64,000 nt of DNA, from assembly GCF_000143415.4 (NCBI RefSeq), contig NW_003314315.1, forward strand, positions 991,514-1,055,513, written 5' to 3'. Shown here one piece after another: positions 10,400-21,579 of this stretch. Source of the DNA: Selaginella moellendorffii (lineage: Eukaryota; Plantae; Lycopodiophyta). How positions within the stretch are numbered: position 1 is the stretch's first letter; every line of letters starts with the position of its first letter. A program made the position numbers and the translations under genes. The notes below the pieces were generated by a model. That model ran no database searches. It was not told where the DNA came from and worked only from the letters and a program-made list of their open reading frames with translations.

Positions 10400-10948
10400 G
10401 CAAATTACTTATCATCTTCAATTCATAATACTTATGCCCTTTCTTATTTTTGAATGCATGAATAACAATTCCATTCTTGAGTTGCAAGCAAAAGGACTCT
10501 GGCTTGTCGTCCACAATCACCATATGTTTGAAGTCCTACCCTAATCTTGAGAGATCCTCCACAACCTTTTTCCTTTGACTTCCTTGGTCGAGTACGAATC
10601 TCTATAGAGATGATGGGCAAAGAGATTCCTAGCTAAGTTAAGCTTGTCCAAAATCTTGTCTATATATAGCTTCATTGTTCAATTAAAAACCACGATCTTA
10701 TATATTTTACTCATCTCTTTTAGAAAGTCATTCATACCTAGCCTCTTTGCCACAAGATAGCACTGCAGTGAAATAATTTTCACACTAAAGAGCTTGAGGG
10801 ACACTATAGCCTTGTAGGCATGGATTAATGTTTCATCCATGTTCAACACAAACATGGGTTTCTTCTCCAAAGCTGGTAGCAGTAGTAAAGAATGGTTTGA
10901 CCACTTCACTTTTTTCTTCTTCTTTTTGGTGGTGATGTCAAGTGTCAC
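10400..10948 (-). pseudogene. Degraded SCP1/NIF (FCP1-like) CTD small phosphatase
   Basis: KKPMFVLNMDETLIHA (from LVLDLDETLVH), YLVAKRLGMNDFLKEMSKIYKIVVF; stops and frameshifts downstream. Confidence 0.65.
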
Positions 10949-11006
10949 AAAACTCCACTCCTTATACTCTCATGGTCCTAACTTAATCATAACAAACCTT
11001 TATATT

Positions 11007-12701
11007 TCAAGTTAATACACTTCCATAATTCTGGCTGAGCAACACATAGAAATTCGACTGTAATACCAACCCTAGTGTTGAGAGTCTCTGGGCAGCTCGA
11101 ACTCCACGCTCAGGATCCTTGTGGATCTTCTGGCAAGCAGCCAACAACGAGACCCAAGCAACACTCTCAGGCTCAAAGGGCATACTGTGAATGAGCTCTT
11201 CAGCCTTGTCTAGCTCTCCGGCCCTTGCAAATGCGTCAACAAGCTCACAGTAGTGTTCTCTCGTGGGCTCGACGCCATAGTCCCAAATCATTGACTGGAA
11301 GTAGTTTTGAGAGATCTTCACCACGCCCGAGTGGCAGCACGCCGCAAGCACACTTGTAAAGACAATGTGATCAGGCATCATGCTCTCCTGGATGATCCTA
11401 TGGAAGGCTTCCAAGGCCTCGGTTACATGCCCGGTGGAAGCATACATGGCCACCACTGCTGTCCATGAGACCAAGTCTTGCTCTGGCATTCTCTCGAACC
11501 AAACTTGAGCTTCCAAGAGGAGTCCCTTGCGAGCAAAGCCAACCACCATTGCCATCCAGGCAATTGCATCACGCTCCTCAATCGCCTGGAAGAGGCTTAT
11601 CCCTTCTTGGAGGTGGCCATTCCAGAGATAGGCCGAGAGGAGCGCTGTGCTCGCCATCTTGCTATTATAAGGTATTTGATCGAAAATAAACTTTGCATTT
11701 TCAAGATGGTTTCTAGAGGCGAGCATATGGATCATTGTTGTCCAAGAGATCTCGTCACAGTAAGCCATCTTTTGGAAACAATCTAGTGCTTCATCCAAAT
11801 GCCCATTCGCGGCATATGCGCAAAGCATGGAGTTCCAAGCCACCACGTCTTTGTTTGGCAGCCTCTCAAACAAGGCTTTGGCCTCTTCCACGCATCCATT
11901 AGATGCGTAGCCGTCCATCATAGCCGTAAATGCCACCTCATTAAGATCCGGAGCATCTTCAAAGAGAATCTTTGCTTGCTCCATATGCCCTGCCTGGGCA
12001 TATGCTGTGATCATGGTCGTCCATGTTACTACATTCCTTGTGGGCATTCTATCAAAGAGATCCTTAGCTTCATCCAGCCGTTGGTTCTCGCAGTGGCTTT
12101 GGATCATGGCCGTCCACGCCACCACGTCCTTTTGGGGCAGGGAATCGAACACCTCAAGCGCGAGTGAGAGATGCCCGTTATGGGCATATGCCACGATCAT
12201 GGCGGTGCTAGAAACGAGGGTTTGCTCCGGCATGGAGTGGAATACCGCCTCCGCCGCGCCGAGATTGCCAGTCTGCGAGTACATCTCGATCATCACGTTC
12301 CAGGTGATGGAATTCTTGGCAGGGATGCGATCGAAGAGCTGCTTGGCGCGCTGCACGTCTCCGGCCGCGGCGTATGCCGAGATCATGGCGTTGCTGGACA
12401 CAATCTCCTGCTGCGGCATGCTTTCCAGGACCGATCGCGCCTGCTCCAGGTCGTGGTTGCGAATGTAGGCCTGGAGGATGAGATTCCAAGAGAAGAGATT
12501 GCGATCCGAGGTGGAATCGAAGACCGATCGCGCTTCCTCCAGGCAGCCGCAGCGGCCATACATCTGGACGAGGAGATTTCGCAGGAAAACGCTGTTCCTG
12601 TGGTCGCTGTGAAGGATCTGGGCGTGGATCTGGCGGCCATCGCTGGGATTGTCGCAAGATCTGACGAGGGCGGCAAGCTCTTGGACGCCAAGAACGCGCA
12701 T
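11007..12701 (-). CDS. PLS-E class pentatricopeptide repeat protein (organellar RNA-editing factor type)
   Basis: Intronless. Many short PPR repeats (VVAWTAMI, VVTWTTMITAYAQAG) and a C-terminal E domain (HYCELVDAFARAGEL..MPFEPESVAWVSLLAAC..YVLLS). Confidence 0.92.
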   Translation of the reverse strand: MRVLGVQELAALVRSCDNPSDGRQIHAQILHSDHRNSVFLRNLLVQMYGRCGCLEEARSVFDSTSDRNLFSWNLILQAYIRNHDLEQARSVLESMPQQEIVSSNAMISAYAAAGDVQRAKQLFDRIPAKNSITWNVMIEMYSQTGNLGAAEAVFHSMPEQTLVSSTAMIVAYAHNGHLSLALEVFDSLPQKDVVAWTAMIQSHCENQRLDEAKDLFDRMPTRNVVTWTTMITAYAQAGHMEQAKILFEDAPDLNEVAFTAMMDGYASNGCVEEAKALFERLPNKDVVAWNSMLCAYAANGHLDEALDCFQKMAYCDEISWTTMIHMLASRNHLENAKFIFDQIPYNSKMASTALLSAYLWNGHLQEGISLFQAIEERDAIAWMAMVVGFARKGLLLEAQVWFERMPEQDLVSWTAVVAMYASTGHVTEALEAFHRIIQESMMPDHIVFTSVLAACCHSGVVKISQNYFQSMIWDYGVEPTREHYCELVDAFARAGELDKAEELIHSMPFEPESVAWVSLLAACQKIHKDPERGVRAAQRLSTLGLVLQSNFYVLLSQNYGSVLT

Positions 12702-13270
12702 CACATCATGGCCGCTGGATGATGGGGACGTCCGAGGTTCAAATCCTGGCAGGTTCTAGCTTCCAGACGAAGTTTTTATGGTACGCGGCGAAAACTCTTC
12801 CCCCGTCGCGCAGCCTCACTCCAAATGCCGGAGGCAATCGCAATCGGGAACAACACAATTAATTTCCATTTTTTCTTGCGGCTTTGGATGGATTTCTCTT
12901 GCTGCAAGTGCCCAGACCCAACTGCAAGCAGTGTAAAATCAAATGCTCTATTCATCCCCTTTTTGGATCAGATTGCAAGAAGGCACACTACTCCTCTTTA
13001 GAAAAATCCAGATGTCAAAGTTATCAGCTTTGATGTTTTTGGGTTCTTGTTGTTGTGTTGATAATGGGGAGCTGTTCTGATGGTATATTGTTAATAGTTT
13101 TTGCAAGCTTGTGGAGAGAGCATTAGAAATATAACTTGTGGTTGGCACTTTGTCATTGTATATAGTCCTGTGTAATTGATGAGGCAACTTTTATATTAAA
13201 TTTCAAACCCAAAGTTCTTAGGATTATATCAATACAAAATTCAAAATAGATCCATTATATTCAAGTAAAT

Positions 13271-14563
13271 TGAATTGGTGTTGAGTGAACCCCTTAATAA
13301 TATTCTAAAAAAAAATTAAAGGGTCATTAATTTATTTGTGTAAAAATTTTTTGCTACTCATGCAACTTTTCATTTTTAAAAAGCATCTCAATTTTCAAAC
13401 AACAGCACCAACAAAACATTATTAACACCAAAACCTCCACCCAGGAAATGAAAATCGTCAATCTAAAAAATGTTAATAACACCAATAAATGTGATAAATT
13501 TCATTACACACTCAATAAGAGCTAAATTACATCTTTGCCCTTGTCTTTAAACTCAATTAACAATAGCATCAACTTCTATTAGAACATAACCATCTCCCAC
13601 ATAAAGTGGAGTTAAAGGATGTTTAATAAAAAGTGGAAAAAATAATATTTTATAATATTGTGTTAATTGAAAAGTATCATTAAAAGTGGCTAGAGTAAAT
13701 GTATGCACAAATTTTGTAAGATTCTAACAAAATGCTAGTAATAACATTTTTAACTTGATCTTCTTTGACATATTTGGCTCCACAGGCTTTAGAAATGAAT
13801 GCCAAATTACATCCCTCACTCAATTGCCTCTTGATGAAAATTATATAATTATTAAAAGGCATTATCACAATTGTTAACATGCCCAAATGTGCAATTTAAA
13901 ACATTCAGAAGAATACTCTAATTTACATGAATGACTACATTCAAACCATTATACCATTATAATGTTATCCATTGAAACTCATTCAAATGCGAAACATTAT
14001 CCCAAAAATGATATGGTAATCACCATAAAGTAATCAAACTAATGATATATAACATCCTTAAGATTCTTATAGAAGAACTTTACCTAAACATGAAAATTAG
14101 CAGCAAAAGCAAGAAGAATTGTACCATGCACCGTGAATGTTGCCATCAATTGAATTTAATTTTTCAATTGCAATTATATAGCATTAAACAATTATACCAA
14201 CTATTGCTTCAAAGTCAAAAGAGAAGGAGGCTATTACTCTATCATGAAAATGAACCAAAAAGAAAAAGTAAAAGAAAAGAAATTGAAAAAGCTATAAGAG
14301 AAAGACAATATAAAAGTTAGATTTAAACCAAAATCCCAAATCCAAGCACTTTTCAGAAACAATCAAAGCTACTCCTCACCTCCATTAATGTGAGTGTATG
14401 AAATATAAAAATGCAATATAAACATATATATATCAATTAATCCAAAAACCTTAGCTTATATACAAAAATGAGTGGTCCAAGTTGAAATCAATCTAATGGA
14501 TATTAAAATTCAATTACACTAATATTAATATATGGCATCATAGCCATAAACTTGAACCTCATA
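13271..14563 (-). mobile_element. Old, heavily AT-mutated partial copy (gag plus 5' LTR) of the 2684-8810 gypsy family
   Basis: Collinear with about 7466-8810 (e.g. cccaaaaatgat, aaatcccaaatccaagcact). LTR remnant at 14389-14563 (tgtgagtg...cctcata). Confidence 0.85.
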
Positions 14564-16009
14564 AATAGACCTTTTTTTAAAATATATAGTGTTCTTAAAA
14601 GAATGAAATATATTTATTGATTATATGCAATTCAAAAAGAAGGAATTTACAATTTCATTTATGATGGTGGTAGGGTATTTGGCATAATTGTAAAATGGTA
14701 TTGCTTTGTTATATAAAATATATAAAAAATACATCTTAATACTTCTAAATTTAAAATTATATGAATTATCAGACATTAAAGTATTACACAAAGTCAATTT
14801 CTTCAAATCGAAGTTAATATTAATTAGTGTTTAAAATACAATGCTAAGCAATTTTTCCTAAAGAAAATAAAAATTTAAAAATTAATCCATGCTAAATACT
14901 ATATGAATTTAATATGTGAACAAATGATAAAATCATATTATAATTCCAATAAATTGCTACATGTTACATGCAGGAACACTTGGTTTGCTTAATAGTAGTG
15001 TTATTCTTACTTATTAATCCAATTGATCAAATAAAGTTTATAATTATAAGTATGTTTATAAATTATAAAATACAAGATTAATCTAAATAAATAACAGCCA
15101 TTAGATGGAAGAATATCCTAGAATATCCGAGCATATTCTAGGTATATCCACTACCATCTCAGTCCCCTACAGGTTTGTTTAAGCAAACCAAAAAATTAGT
15201 CATAAATAATAGAATAACTATATAAATATCATTACAAATAATAAATCTACTTCTAAAATTTGCAAATAAATTAAATTATTATTCAAAAAATTATCTCAAT
15301 GTGCATTTTTGTGTTGCAATTAAGATATATAAGGTGGTTAATCTCATAAGGGGAACCTAGCCCTGACCAAAATTTTGAAAACATATTATACCAAACTTAA
15401 TAATTAAATGACATAGTGTACATTATCCTCATTTAGATATTTTTATTTAAAATTTAAGAATAAATACTTTTTCAAATTAAAACTATTACCTCCCATTTTT
15501 CTTAATAATCTTACCCCATTTACTTTAACTATAAATTTTAATTGTAAAATAACATAGAAAATTAAATATAAAATTTAGATTAACTTTAGAGTTAGTTTCT
15601 TTATGACTTAATTATGTTGATTTAAACTTAATTCCACCTAACTGAATCATCATTACACTTAGAAATGTTAATCTCTGTCTGCATTTGAAATATTATAAAA
15701 TTGACTATATAAAGTTTTTTGTATCTTAAATTATTATATTATTTATTATATAATGCTGTAAGTATAAAATAAGAAATTATAATGATAATTTTGGTGCGAT
15801 TTAATTAAAAGATCTTGAAACAATATTTTTATTTATGGAATGTAAATGATCGTGGAGTAAGTCCAAAATGGCCACTCTTCCTCCACCTGGTGTGCCAGCC
15901 GTTTGCTCCCACCTGGGGGATCTGGAGCCCCGGGAAGTCTCCAGCGATGATGACAGAGAAGGTAAATCGCCAGTGCTTGCTCCCACTTGAAGCTGGATTT
16001 GATCGTGGA

Positions 16010-16640
16010 TGGGCATGTATGAACTGCGGAGGATGTTACTCGGGCTTCCGAAGCGTCGGCCGGTGTCGCCCGGGCTCTTGAGCTCTACGACAAGATGAGA
16101 GGCGAGAATGCAGACATTTTCTCGACGCTCTGAAAGAAGGATCGAGGAAGCAAGACTAGACCTGTTTCGCGTCGATCAAGACACTTGCTATACATGCTGA
16201 TGAGCGCATTGCCCAGCACGGACTTCTCCTCGATATTATCCTCGAGCGGCCTTTGACAAGCTTTGCCTCAGAGAAACCGTCGCGTGGAACGTGATCCTCA
16301 CGGCTTACGCACAGCGGCCAAGTTTTGGAGCTCTACATCGACATGGTCCAGTTGGAAGCCAGCTCTTCCATCGCCATCCTCTCCTACGGCCACGCCGGGA
16401 AAGAAAGCTCTACTTTGGACTCATGACTTTGGAGCACGGGACTCCTTTCGGCCCGGAGCACTTCCAGTGCGTAACCGATCTCCTCGCTAGAGTTGAACAC
16501 TGCCGACGCCGAGGACTTGCTGGTCAACGAAAGCGGTGGCCTGGTTGACGCTGCTCGCGGGCTCTAGAGATCATGGGGACGCCGATCGACGGCAACGTGT
16601 GCAGCACTACACGTTTTCGAGCTGGATCCACTTTGACGCT
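16010..16640 (+). pseudogene. Fragmented PPR remnant
   Basis: cgggctcttgagctctacgacaagatgagaggcgagaa resembles 1256-1293 of the first PPR. Peptide scraps WNVILTAYAQ, EHFQCVTDLLAR, WLTLL. Confidence 0.6.
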
Positions 16641-16692
16641 ATGCAAGGAGGAGAAGAGGTCAGTTTGTGTTTATTTTGTTATATGCTGTTTG

Positions 16693-16785
16693 TTAGCTTT
16701 GAGAAATATCAGCGTTCTTTACAGTTGATGGCTTGCCAGCCGAGGAAGACGAAATAGTTACTCCCTTTCGAGCTTTGGTGGCTTG

Positions 16786-16818
<33 letters not shown>

Positions 16819-18549
16819 CGAATTGTTGGAGGTCTTGGACATGTTGCTGGCGAGATGGATTGGCATCAAGCAGAGGCCTTTGTTTTGGAGGTACTGCATC
16901 GCGGAGCCCATGTCTTCCTCCATGAGTTTCGCGACTTGTCTCTCGGTGAGAGCGATTCCGTCCTGCGCGCCGTTTTGTCCCAGAGCTGCGAGGAATTGGT
17001 TTGAGTCCTGCTCGAAAGATAAAACAACAGGCAAGTGACTCCATTTCCTATTGTATGATCGTTCTGATTATATTCTTTTCTCTGTTACCTCGGGTGGAAG
17101 ATCGGTCATGACAGCTCCAGCGTTTCCCAGCCTGCTCATGCTAAGAACCTGACAAGAAGGAAGGAATTAAACAAGTCGAGTGGATCATGTGACGACGAAG
17201 AACTACTGTACCTTCACTTGGAGTTGCAAAAACTTGACGTAATCGATGATCTCATCCAGCATGGACGCCTTATCAGTCTGTAGAGAAGCCAAGAAAAAAA
17301 AGGAAGAAAAACAAGAATCAAGGTGGTGAGTTTTTTCAAGCAAAGCAGCAAAAAGTCAACCTTGTTGGAATTGGGAACGAGCTCTTGCAGCGATTTCATC
17401 CGCTCGGCGATTCTCTCACGTCTCAGCTTCACGAAGGTGGAAGAAAGATTATAGCTGGAAAGAAAGAATGGGAGCTTGAGAGATTTCTACTCACTCTCTC
17501 GGCGATGCTGTGAGGATCGGTGGCTTGGCCACGACGAGCACGAACTCGAGGCCTTGCTGCTCCACCCGGAATCGCTGCTGCTGGTTGCTGCTGGGACACT
17601 GGCGGTGGCACCTCCTGGATCTCGGTTCTCAATCCTTGGCAAGCCTAGAAGGAAAGAAAAATAGATCACACTCACTTAGAACACCAAGCATGCAACAATG
17701 CTCTAAGATCTTCCTTGGACTCTCGAGAACAAACCAAGTTACGTCCAAAACACAAGAACTTATCTTCTAAGAGATCCAATATCACGAATTTCTAAGCGAC
17801 CACTGTCACTCACCTGACCGGATTTTGTTCTTGCGAGGTTAGTCTGTCCCGGATGTCCACCAAACGTGTTGAAAATCCCAGCGTCTTGTCCCTGGATGGA
17901 GTAGCAAAAGGAATTTTTATCGAGAAAGCTTCCATTTTTGTAAAGAACTCACCGAGATTGCCGAGAGATTCTCCATCAGCGACGCAGCTTGCTGCTGCTG
18001 CTGCTGCTGCTCGTCGCGGATTCTCTTGCCGAGCATCTGTGCTTCCGTGAGAACATCTCCTCCGGATCCTCCTCCAGGCTTTCCAAAACTTAGCGGGAGA
18101 TTGGACGCGTACTGCTGGCACCATGTCGAGTCGGACCTCTCGAAGACCGGGGAGGAAGAGTCGCCGTTGTTCTTGTTGGAAGAGATGGAAGAAATCCTAC
18201 ACGAATCGTGCACGAGGTGGTGGTGGTGCTCGTGTTCTTGCTGCTGCTGCTGCTTGAGCTGCGAGAGGAGCGTAGATCCATGATCCTGGACTTGCAAGCT
18301 CCCAGGATCCAGCAGCGACGACGAGGAGATGATCCCATTGTTGATGCTAGAACTGGTAGTGGTGGTGTTGTTTGTGTTGAGAAGCGCCACCATGGTCTCC
18401 AATCCCGCCATGCCGCCCGAGAAAGAATCCCATGGAGCAGCACCAGCCACCCTGCCGGAATCGCTCCACGATGGCATCGACAAGATTTGCTCCATCATCT
18501 CGTCCATGACCAGCTGCTGCTGCTGCTGTTCTTGGAGATTGTGAGCCAT
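16693..18549 (-). CDS. LRL: bHLH transcription factor, LRL/UNE12 (subfamily XI) type; about 7 exons
   Basis: [72 protein letters not shown], plus LRL domain [31 protein letters not shown]. Short GT-AG introns; 3' end approximate. Confidence 0.92.
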
Positions 18550-18781
18550 TTTCCTGAATCGTTCTTCTCTCTACCCATGCGCTCTCATCCTCCTGAGCAA
18601 AACCGAAAGAAATTGTCACTCACAACGTACATTCTCGAGATCCCGCCTCGCAATTCCTCCCAGATGGATCAAACAGGAAAAACCCACCAAGAACCCGCGA
18701 CCCAATTCCTCCCGGACGATCCTGGGCAGAGTTTTAGGGTTTTCTCGTGTCATTGACAATGTCTAGCTTTTCTTCATCGTC

Positions 18782-18828
18782 CTCTTCCTCTCTTCTTCTT
18801 CTTCTGCTTCTTCTTCTTCTTCTTCTTT
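18782..18828. repeat. (CTT)n microsatellite upstream of the bHLH gene
   Basis: cttcttcttcttctgcttcttcttcttcttcttc. Confidence 0.8.
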
Positions 18829-19607
18829 TATTCCTCTTCATTAAATTCCTTGTAAAATTCCTTGATTTAGCCTAACAGTTTTCGCCCAGTAAAAACTCTT
18901 GCCTGTACTTATTACCGTCTGTTACCGTATTTACGCGGGCCTTTACTTTACCGATGGTAACTCCTGGCGATGGTAACTCGTTACTTTTGCGATCGTGGAG
19001 TTTTCAAAGGGGTGCATGATTCGAGTCCACGTCACTGCTGCCATGGCCGTCCGTGTACTATAATTTACCAGCGGTCAAATCCCTTGGAAAGGCCCTTATG
19101 AGACATTGACGGCCGACGACGACTTTTTACCACCCGAGGTGAAAGAATACTTCGTACAATAGTAAAATATGTGCGATCGATTGTCAATACGATGTGATTA
19201 TTTAGGACTAATCGAGATGATGGATAGAAACTTCTGTTGGGACCCCAGCGATTTGCTCCAGGATCTTAGGCGTATGGGGACGTGAGGTTTTAGAATAGTT
19301 TTCGAACCTTGGCTGCGATGACCAGATCAAATTAACGAAAACAATGCCATGGTCTATGGGTCCAATCCAGCTGCACGAACTCCACCACGCCGGGGACTAA
19401 ACAAGATTATAAACTAGATTAAAAAAATGCTAAACACGTGTTTTTCGTTCACGCATGTCATTGAGCGAGGGTGTGCTGGCTTTCAGACAAAAGACGAGCT
19501 TGATCTGAATGGACTTTCCGTGTTTTTTTAATGAAATCCCAAAGCTTGTGACTGATAATTTGTCCTTAATTAAGTTCTATAAACATGAAGGTAAGTAAGT
19601 AAAAGCA

Positions 19608-20026
19608 ATGTCTAAGTTTTGGGCTTTCACGATGGCAGTCGCCACGGCGATTCTAGCGCATAGAGCTGTAAGATTGGTTTTCCTATTGAAGAATGAATGC
19701 TATGATCTTTCCGGATCTTGCAGGATGCTTGCGCTGGATTCATTAATTCTTGCGAGATTTTCGATTACGAGGATGGAGTTCTCTATGCGAAGTGCAAAGA
19801 CGAGAAGGGGAACCCTGCATGGCCAAACATCGATCTAAAAAAGTTTGTAGGGACCAGAAATGGAGAGATTGGAACCGGCCCTGGATTTACAAACTTCTTG
19901 GATGGATGCTTCGGCTATGGCCTCAACTATAAGGGGGTCTTGAGGGGGACATGCAATGGAAGGGGAAACGCTTTCGACCTCAATAATTACATCTCCAACG
20001 AGAATGGACAGCTTAACCTGTGCTAA
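19608..20026 (+). CDS. Secreted cyanovirin-N homolog (CVNH) lectin; exons 19608-19667 and 19724-20026
   Basis: Signal-peptide exon and phase-0 GT-AG intron, then two CVNH half-repeats: GFINSC..GVLYAKCKDEKG..IDLKKFVGTRNGEI and NFLDGC..VLRGTC..FDLNNYISNENGQL. Confidence 0.8.
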
Positions 20027-21208
20027 ACTTTGTAAGAAAATCTTTCTAAATAAAGGACTAACGGTCCAGATTGATTAGGGATGAGGTTATAGTTCAGGGT
20101 TCATCAGCAAAGTTTATGGAGAGAGAATCAGATTTGCAACTTGAATTTCCAGGTGCTCCCGAGCGACATCGAAGTTGAGCGCTGCAAACACAAGCTCAAG
20201 GCAAACTCCAAACTCCTTCTTCATGGTTTGCAGAACAGTGATTTCTTCCCGAGGTTTTAGGCAATAATCTTGGTCTTGCAGGATGTCAAGTGCCGAGGCT
20301 GCTTCAGCATGTATTCAACTCCTCGTTTTCATTTCTTTTGTGCATCATAACTTTTTTCTTTCCTTTTCTGTAGTACGACTTTCTTTAGTCACTCTCAGGC
20401 GGTCATTTCTTGTTCGAATTGCTCGACGGTGTTGTGCCAGCCGACTGGTGGCAAACCCTTCCTCACAGTGGGCTGCGAGTACAGGAAGAAGGGAAACTAA
20501 ATCAATCGGCTAAAGTAAGTTTTGATCACGGTGGAATAAACTATAAGATCGTTCTTTGAAGCCACGAACTTAAACGAGAGAGAGAGAGAGAGAGAGAGTA
20601 AACGATGCCGGCGAGATCCACGCCGTGCCGCAACCAGGCGTCTTGAAAGCTCTCTCGATCCATCCACAGAAGTTTCATTCATTCGCGCGGGTCAAGAAAG
20701 AAGAGAATTGAAGAGGCCACACCACAAAACCAGCGTAAGTATGTTGTACACGAGTGTCTGGAAATCCTTTTCTTCCCTGAAAGAAGAGCACAAAAGCTGG
20801 CTGCCATGTGATGGGACTTGATGAAGCTCTTGAATTCAACAAAGGTGGTGGCTTTTATCTTGATATCAATCCATTTTTTTATGAATTGTTTTGAAAAGGA
20901 ATTCTATGATACTCTGTCGGTTCGGCGATGAATGAATGGATCGGTCGTTTTCTTGAGGCTGATGAATGTCTATTATAATCAATACAACATTGTCAATACA
21001 TGGATGCTCCTATCTTTCACGACTCCATCTCTTTTTCCTTTCTCTCTTACATATAATCCTTGCTGCAGCTGGAATTTGCGAGACTGCGATGGGCATGTCA
21101 TTGAATTTCGATCGGAACCTCCTTTTGTGGCGAGCGATGAGAGAATCAATCGTTTGCAACTTCTGGGTTTAGTCGTTTTGGGTTTGATCTTCCCTGCAGG
21201 TGAGCGAG

Positions 21209-21325
21209 AGCGATATTGGCTCTGCTCAATCGCATGACGCTGCTGCATCGCACGAAAAATTTGCGATGGGAAAGGATCGATGGAGTCGCAGCAGAGGCAT
21301 GAGATTGAGCCGTGCCAATATCACT
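21209..21325 (+). ncRNA. MIR171: MIR171 precursor hairpin (mature about 21305-21325, TTGAGCCGTGCCAATATCACT)
   Basis: The canonical miR171 sequence on the 3' arm pairs with the 5' arm AGCGATATTGGCTCTGCTCAATCGCATG (21209-21236). Confidence 0.92.
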
Positions 21326-21579
21326 GGTGTTTTTCGCTTTGTGAGTGACGGATCTTCAAGCATATTCTAAAGGGACGGCCCAGATTGACGGACAACGGTC
21401 ATCGTGTTAGGGCTCTTCATCTTTCACCGCGCGAGGCGATTCCTCCATCGGCACGCGAAGTGACCAAGAAATCTGTGATAGAACGAGGCGCTACACTGCC
21501 TGGTAGGAATCATATTGCAAAAAGACTTATTACTATACCACCAGGGCGATTTCTATCGAGCGGAGTGGACGCATAGCTC

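Noticed and set aside
12725-12760. B-box-like GGTTCAAATCC suggesting a tRNA or SINE
   Set aside because: No convincing cloverleaf, A-box or acceptor stem could be built.
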